IMG/VR virus record: IMGVR_UViG_3300048894_000042
Location: 1 to 26,809 of that record
Origin: a virus
Taxonomy: Duplodnaviria; Caudoviricetes
Reading direction: 5' to 3' (one strand)
DNA length: 26,809 bases
Position 1 is the first letter of the stretch. Each line of letters opens with the position of its first letter. Shown here piece after piece: positions 23,663 to 26,809 of this stretch. The translations under genes and the position numbers were made by a program. Below the pieces are notes generated by a model. That model ran no database searches and was not told where the DNA came from. It saw only the letters and a program-made list of their open reading frames with translations.

Positions 23663-24040
23663 ATGCACGAAATCCTTAGCGAAGCTGACCGGGAGCGCCT
23701 TGCCGCCATCCTTGGAATGCTTGGCAGCGCTTATGCCGGAGAGCGATCCGCGGCGGCGCTACAGGCCGAGGCTTTCATGCGAAAACGTCACATGACATGG
23801 GCCGACCTTCTGGCCGTAGAACCCCCTACCGAGACCGCCCCAGAGCCTCCGCAGTGGACGCCGCCATCACGACAGGAACCTGAACCATCCCCGCCGCCGC
23901 CGCCTGCCGCATCAGTCACGGATTATGTATTGTATGGCTGGGACGGCTGGCGGGTGTTCTCAGTGGCATGGATGGGCGTCGTTGTGGCTGTCTGCCTAAG
24001 TTTCCTTCAACATCTTCTGGCCGCTCACGGCGGCGGCTGA
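23663..24040 (+). CDS. Moron-type membrane-anchored protein (DUF2786-like N-terminus)
   Basis: RERLAAILGMLGS...GERSAAA...MTWADL, Pro-rich linker, C-terminal TM; AGGAGG RBS; antisense to the late genes. Confidence 0.7.
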   Translation: MHEILSEADRERLAAILGMLGSAYAGERSAAALQAEAFMRKRHMTWADLLAVEPPTETAPEPPQWTPPSRQEPEPSPPPPPAASVTDYVLYGWDGWRVFSVAWMGVVVAVCLSFLQHLLAAHGGG

Positions 24041-26481
24041 AGGTAATTCTCGGGCTGCTGATAGCCACCTTGCGGCGGTCCCAGATGCTTCCGTGTGAGT
24101 GAGTTCAGCCGAGCGCGCGCCGCCAGCCCCTTAACGGCATTCACGCCACCCTGCAGCAAAAGGTTGCCTGTTGGATTGCCTCCACTAATCGCTGCAATGC
24201 CAAGATGCGCTGCCCCCAGGCCCATGTCTCCCGCCAGCACGCCGAACAGGTTGGTTGGCGAGCCTCGGGCTTTCCCAAGGTCGATCTGTCCGGCGCGCTT
24301 CAAGTCGTTGTCGATGTTGATGAGCGTCTGCATCGTCTCATCGGGGATATCCATTGCCGGATCAATGCCGGGCTTACCGCGACTGTAAGCAAGATCGGTG
24401 ACGAACTTGTGGAAACGGTTGCCCTGTATCTCGCCCTTGTTGTTCGTCAGAGCAAGCTGACGGAACTTATTGAGAAGCGTCCCTGCGTTAATCTGCTTAG
24501 ACAGGTCGGCATAGTGGTCAAGGAACGTCTGAAAGTGACCATCGGTCGCGGTGTTCATCACACCGTCGATAATCGGCTTGAAGTCCTCCAATTGCTTAAA
24601 TGCGAACTTTTCCGCCCCTGTCGCATTAAGCGGGTCTTTCGCCTTAGCCATTAGATTGATCAGCCGGTCGTGAATCCCCCACACCGCCTGCGGGTCTGTC
24701 TTTAATGTGCCGTCAGCATTGAACAGGCTGTCACGCAAGGCACCCATCGTTTTGACGACATCCGGGTTCTCTCGGATGCGCGGATCATTCAGGATGGCAT
24801 CGATATGGGCGACCGCAGGCTGCAAATCGGCCGGCTTTGATTTCTCAAGGACCGCTTTCGAGTCATTGGCTGCCAGCGCCGCCCTTTCTCTCGTAAGCGT
24901 ATCGATCCTGGTATCAGAAGGGGCAGCATTCTCAAATGCCTTGATCCGAGCCGCGTTCTGATCACCGAGTCGAGCGCCAAAGGCATCGGGAGCGCGCTGC
25001 ATCAACAAGCTCTCTTGCTGAGAGATCGTCGGATTGCCGCTGCGCTGCGCAAGCGTAGGCAACGAGCCTTCAACGTAAATCTTGGTGTCGCCCGGTTGGG
25101 CTGGTGCATTGATCTCCGCCATCTCACCCTGGCGGCGGTTCGCCTTCATCTCAGACGGCGTCATCTGAATCTGCCCCGGCGGCGTACCCTCGCGAGATGC
25201 AGCGGCACCGACACTCTGCGTCGCCCCTTCACCCACCATCGGCCGCGGCGGCGGCTGTATCAGCGCGCTCTGGTCCAGCAGGTTGCCAGGTTGGCGGATC
25301 GGCTGCTGGTCTGCCCGGTCAATGGCACCGAGGAGCTGCGGCAATCGCCCCGGCGGCGGCTCACCAAAACGCTCCTGCACGAAGCGGGGGGCAATACTCG
25401 CTGGCGGCTCCAGCATGTTCGGAACGCCGGCACCCATGCCGGCAACCGGCGCAACTTGCCCACCCATGTAGAAATCACGCCCGAGCGTCGGACCACCCAA
25501 GGCATTGCCGGCCTCGTACAGCGCCTGACCTGCAGCCCCGCCAACCGCCCCGGCCGCGCCGAGCACCTGATTGCCGATTTTGATCAGCGGCCCGGAGATA
25601 TACCGCCCCACCGGGCCTTGCGCCTCGAGCGACGCCTGAGCCTCTGGCGTCAGCAGATTAGGGGTTCCCTGGAAGCCCTGGACGGCCGCCTGACCGACCC
25701 GGCCGAGCACCCCGGTAATAACGTCGGCTGCTGGTGTAGGCGGCCCCTGCGTCGGCACGGACGCCGCATTCGGTCCCTGCGCTACGGCTGCCGCGGCGGT
25801 GCCCGGCGCAATGGAACTCGGCGGCAGTTTGATGTCGGGAGCCGCCCGCCCGTATTCGTCCAGCGTAGGCGCTGGCGTAGGTTCTGCGGCCGGCGGCGTC
25901 TCGGACTTCGCTCCCTGCGTCGTCCGCTTAAGGAAGTCGGCGTCACTCTCTCCGGCAGGCTTGGCTTGCCCCGAGGTGGTTCGCTTCAGGAAGTCGGCGT
26001 CAGACTCCACCTTTCCCGCCCCTTCGGTAGCCGCTGGCGGCGTCGCTCCACCCGGAGCACCATCCGCCGCAGCCGGTCCAGCGCCGCCCGCTGTAGGCAC
26101 GCCAAGCCCGGCAAATTGCTGGTAATGCTTCGCCACGCTCGGCACGTAAGCCGCGCTCTCCGGCCCGAACCGTTGCCGCCAATCCGGGCCGCCGTGGTAG
26201 TAGAGAAGAGCCTTCTGCGGCGTGCCCTCGGCATCGAGCGCCGACGCTAGGTATTTTGCCCCGCCCCAGATCGACTGCACCGGGTCTTTGAGGTCCGTCA
26301 TCCCGAGACCGCGCCCGGTATCCGGCATGATCCCCATTAGCCCCGCAGCCCCTGCTTTGGAAACCGCCTGCGATTTGCCGCCGCTCTCCTGTGCCGCGAC
26401 CGCCTTCAGCAACGTCGGGTCTACGTTCCATTCCAGACCGGCTTCCTTAAAGACCGGATCGTATATCGAGAGATCGCCCAT
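24025..26481 (-). CDS. Virion ejection (DNA injection) protein with N-terminal lytic transglycosylase domain
   Basis: LLKAVAAQESGG, SKAGAAGLMGIMP, AKYL and YHGG SLT motifs; large Ala/Gly/Pro-rich body; sits before the tail fibre gene. Confidence 0.85.
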   Translation of the reverse strand: MGDLSIYDPVFKEAGLEWNVDPTLLKAVAAQESGGKSQAVSKAGAAGLMGIMPDTGRGLGMTDLKDPVQSIWGGAKYLASALDAEGTPQKALLYYHGGPDWRQRFGPESAAYVPSVAKHYQQFAGLGVPTAGGAGPAAADGAPGGATPPAATEGAGKVESDADFLKRTTSGQAKPAGESDADFLKRTTQGAKSETPPAAEPTPAPTLDEYGRAAPDIKLPPSSIAPGTAAAAVAQGPNAASVPTQGPPTPAADVITGVLGRVGQAAVQGFQGTPNLLTPEAQASLEAQGPVGRYISGPLIKIGNQVLGAAGAVGGAAGQALYEAGNALGGPTLGRDFYMGGQVAPVAGMGAGVPNMLEPPASIAPRFVQERFGEPPPGRLPQLLGAIDRADQQPIRQPGNLLDQSALIQPPPRPMVGEGATQSVGAAASREGTPPGQIQMTPSEMKANRRQGEMAEINAPAQPGDTKIYVEGSLPTLAQRSGNPTISQQESLLMQRAPDAFGARLGDQNAARIKAFENAAPSDTRIDTLTRERAALAANDSKAVLEKSKPADLQPAVAHIDAILNDPRIRENPDVVKTMGALRDSLFNADGTLKTDPQAVWGIHDRLINLMAKAKDPLNATGAEKFAFKQLEDFKPIIDGVMNTATDGHFQTFLDHYADLSKQINAGTLLNKFRQLALTNNKGEIQGNRFHKFVTDLAYSRGKPGIDPAMDIPDETMQTLINIDNDLKRAGQIDLGKARGSPTNLFGVLAGDMGLGAAHLGIAAISGGNPTGNLLLQGGVNAVKGLAARARLNSLTRKHLGPPQGGYQQPENYLQPPP

Positions 26482-26809
26482 CAGGGATTGGAGAGAAACT
26501 TATTGTCCTCAGCGAACTTGTACGCCTTCTTCAGCGCGTCCCGGCCAGCCTGATCCAGGTTCTTCCAATACGTCGTCCTCTGATCCGATGTCATGCGATT
26601 GTACTGAAATGCGCGCGGGTCGAGGTCGCTCTGTATCTTCGCTTGGAAGCTGCGGTAATCCTGCTTGTCCGGGTAAGCCGCCGCTAGCTTCGACCGCGCC
26701 TCCAGATAGTCGGTATTTCCCTGCAACTGACGAATGACTAGATCGACGCCGCCCGGTGTCAGCGAGGCGTGAGGCGTTGCGGCCTGAATAACCGCCAGGC
26801 GATTATCGC
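26481..26809 (-). CDS. C-terminal part of a probable ejection protein (5' end outside the window)
   Basis: Frame is open from the window edge (DNRLAVIQAATPHASLTPGG...) to the TGATG junction with the SLT gene. Confidence 0.6.
   Translation of the reverse strand, partial: DNRLAVIQAATPHASLTPGGVDLVIRQLQGNTDYLEARSKLAAAYPDKQDYRSFQAKIQSDLDPRAFQYNRMTSDQRTTYWKNLDQAGRDALKKAYKFAEDNKFLSNP

Noticed and set aside
25860-26010. Duplicated ESDADFLKRTT segment
   Set aside because: Intragenic peptide repeat in a flexible linker; no sign of a mobile or regulatory element
25015-26250. 411-aa plus-strand ORF and similar Arg-rich antisense ORFs across the window
   Set aside because: Typical GC-rich shadow frames opposite well-supported genes
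24025-26481. SLT protein as the endolysin
   Set aside because: Size, position and composition fit a virion ejection protein
1-26809. tRNA, rRNA, reverse transcriptase/DGR, IS element, integrase
   Set aside because: No cloverleaf, YADD, DDE or recombinase motifs recognised by eye; not excluded computationally

Overview
About 27 kb of a GC-rich, lambdoid-organised phage with P22-like morphogenesis genes; the host is inferred to be an alphaproteobacterium from the GcrA-like and DUF3309-like genes. The cI/cro switch lies at 13.4-14.1 kb. From cro, the minus strand runs through GcrA-like, VRR-NUC, HNH, DNA methyltransferase, DnaA-domain-IV-like and replication initiator genes (the initiator is HNH-fused and has internal iterons). 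It continues through a NusG/RfaH paralog, terS, terL and portal. From cI, the plus strand carries small zinc-finger genes, Gp157 and ERF. These converge at about 17.1 kb with the end of the late operon: ejection proteins, tail fibre, and a lysis-like module with spanin and holin candidates plus a clan-A glycoside hydrolase. The most notable observations are: (1) an RfaH-like gene whose own 5' coding sequence holds a sigma70-like promoter, a direct repeat, a hairpin and an ops-like element just upstream of the packaging genes; (2) no integrase and no recognisable endolysin where each is expected; (3) a c4-like three-way-junction RNA in front of an antisense membrane-protein moron; (4) a peptidase-less, probably leaderless repressor with a C-terminal AA tail. 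All calls come from reading motifs by eye; no database searches were run.
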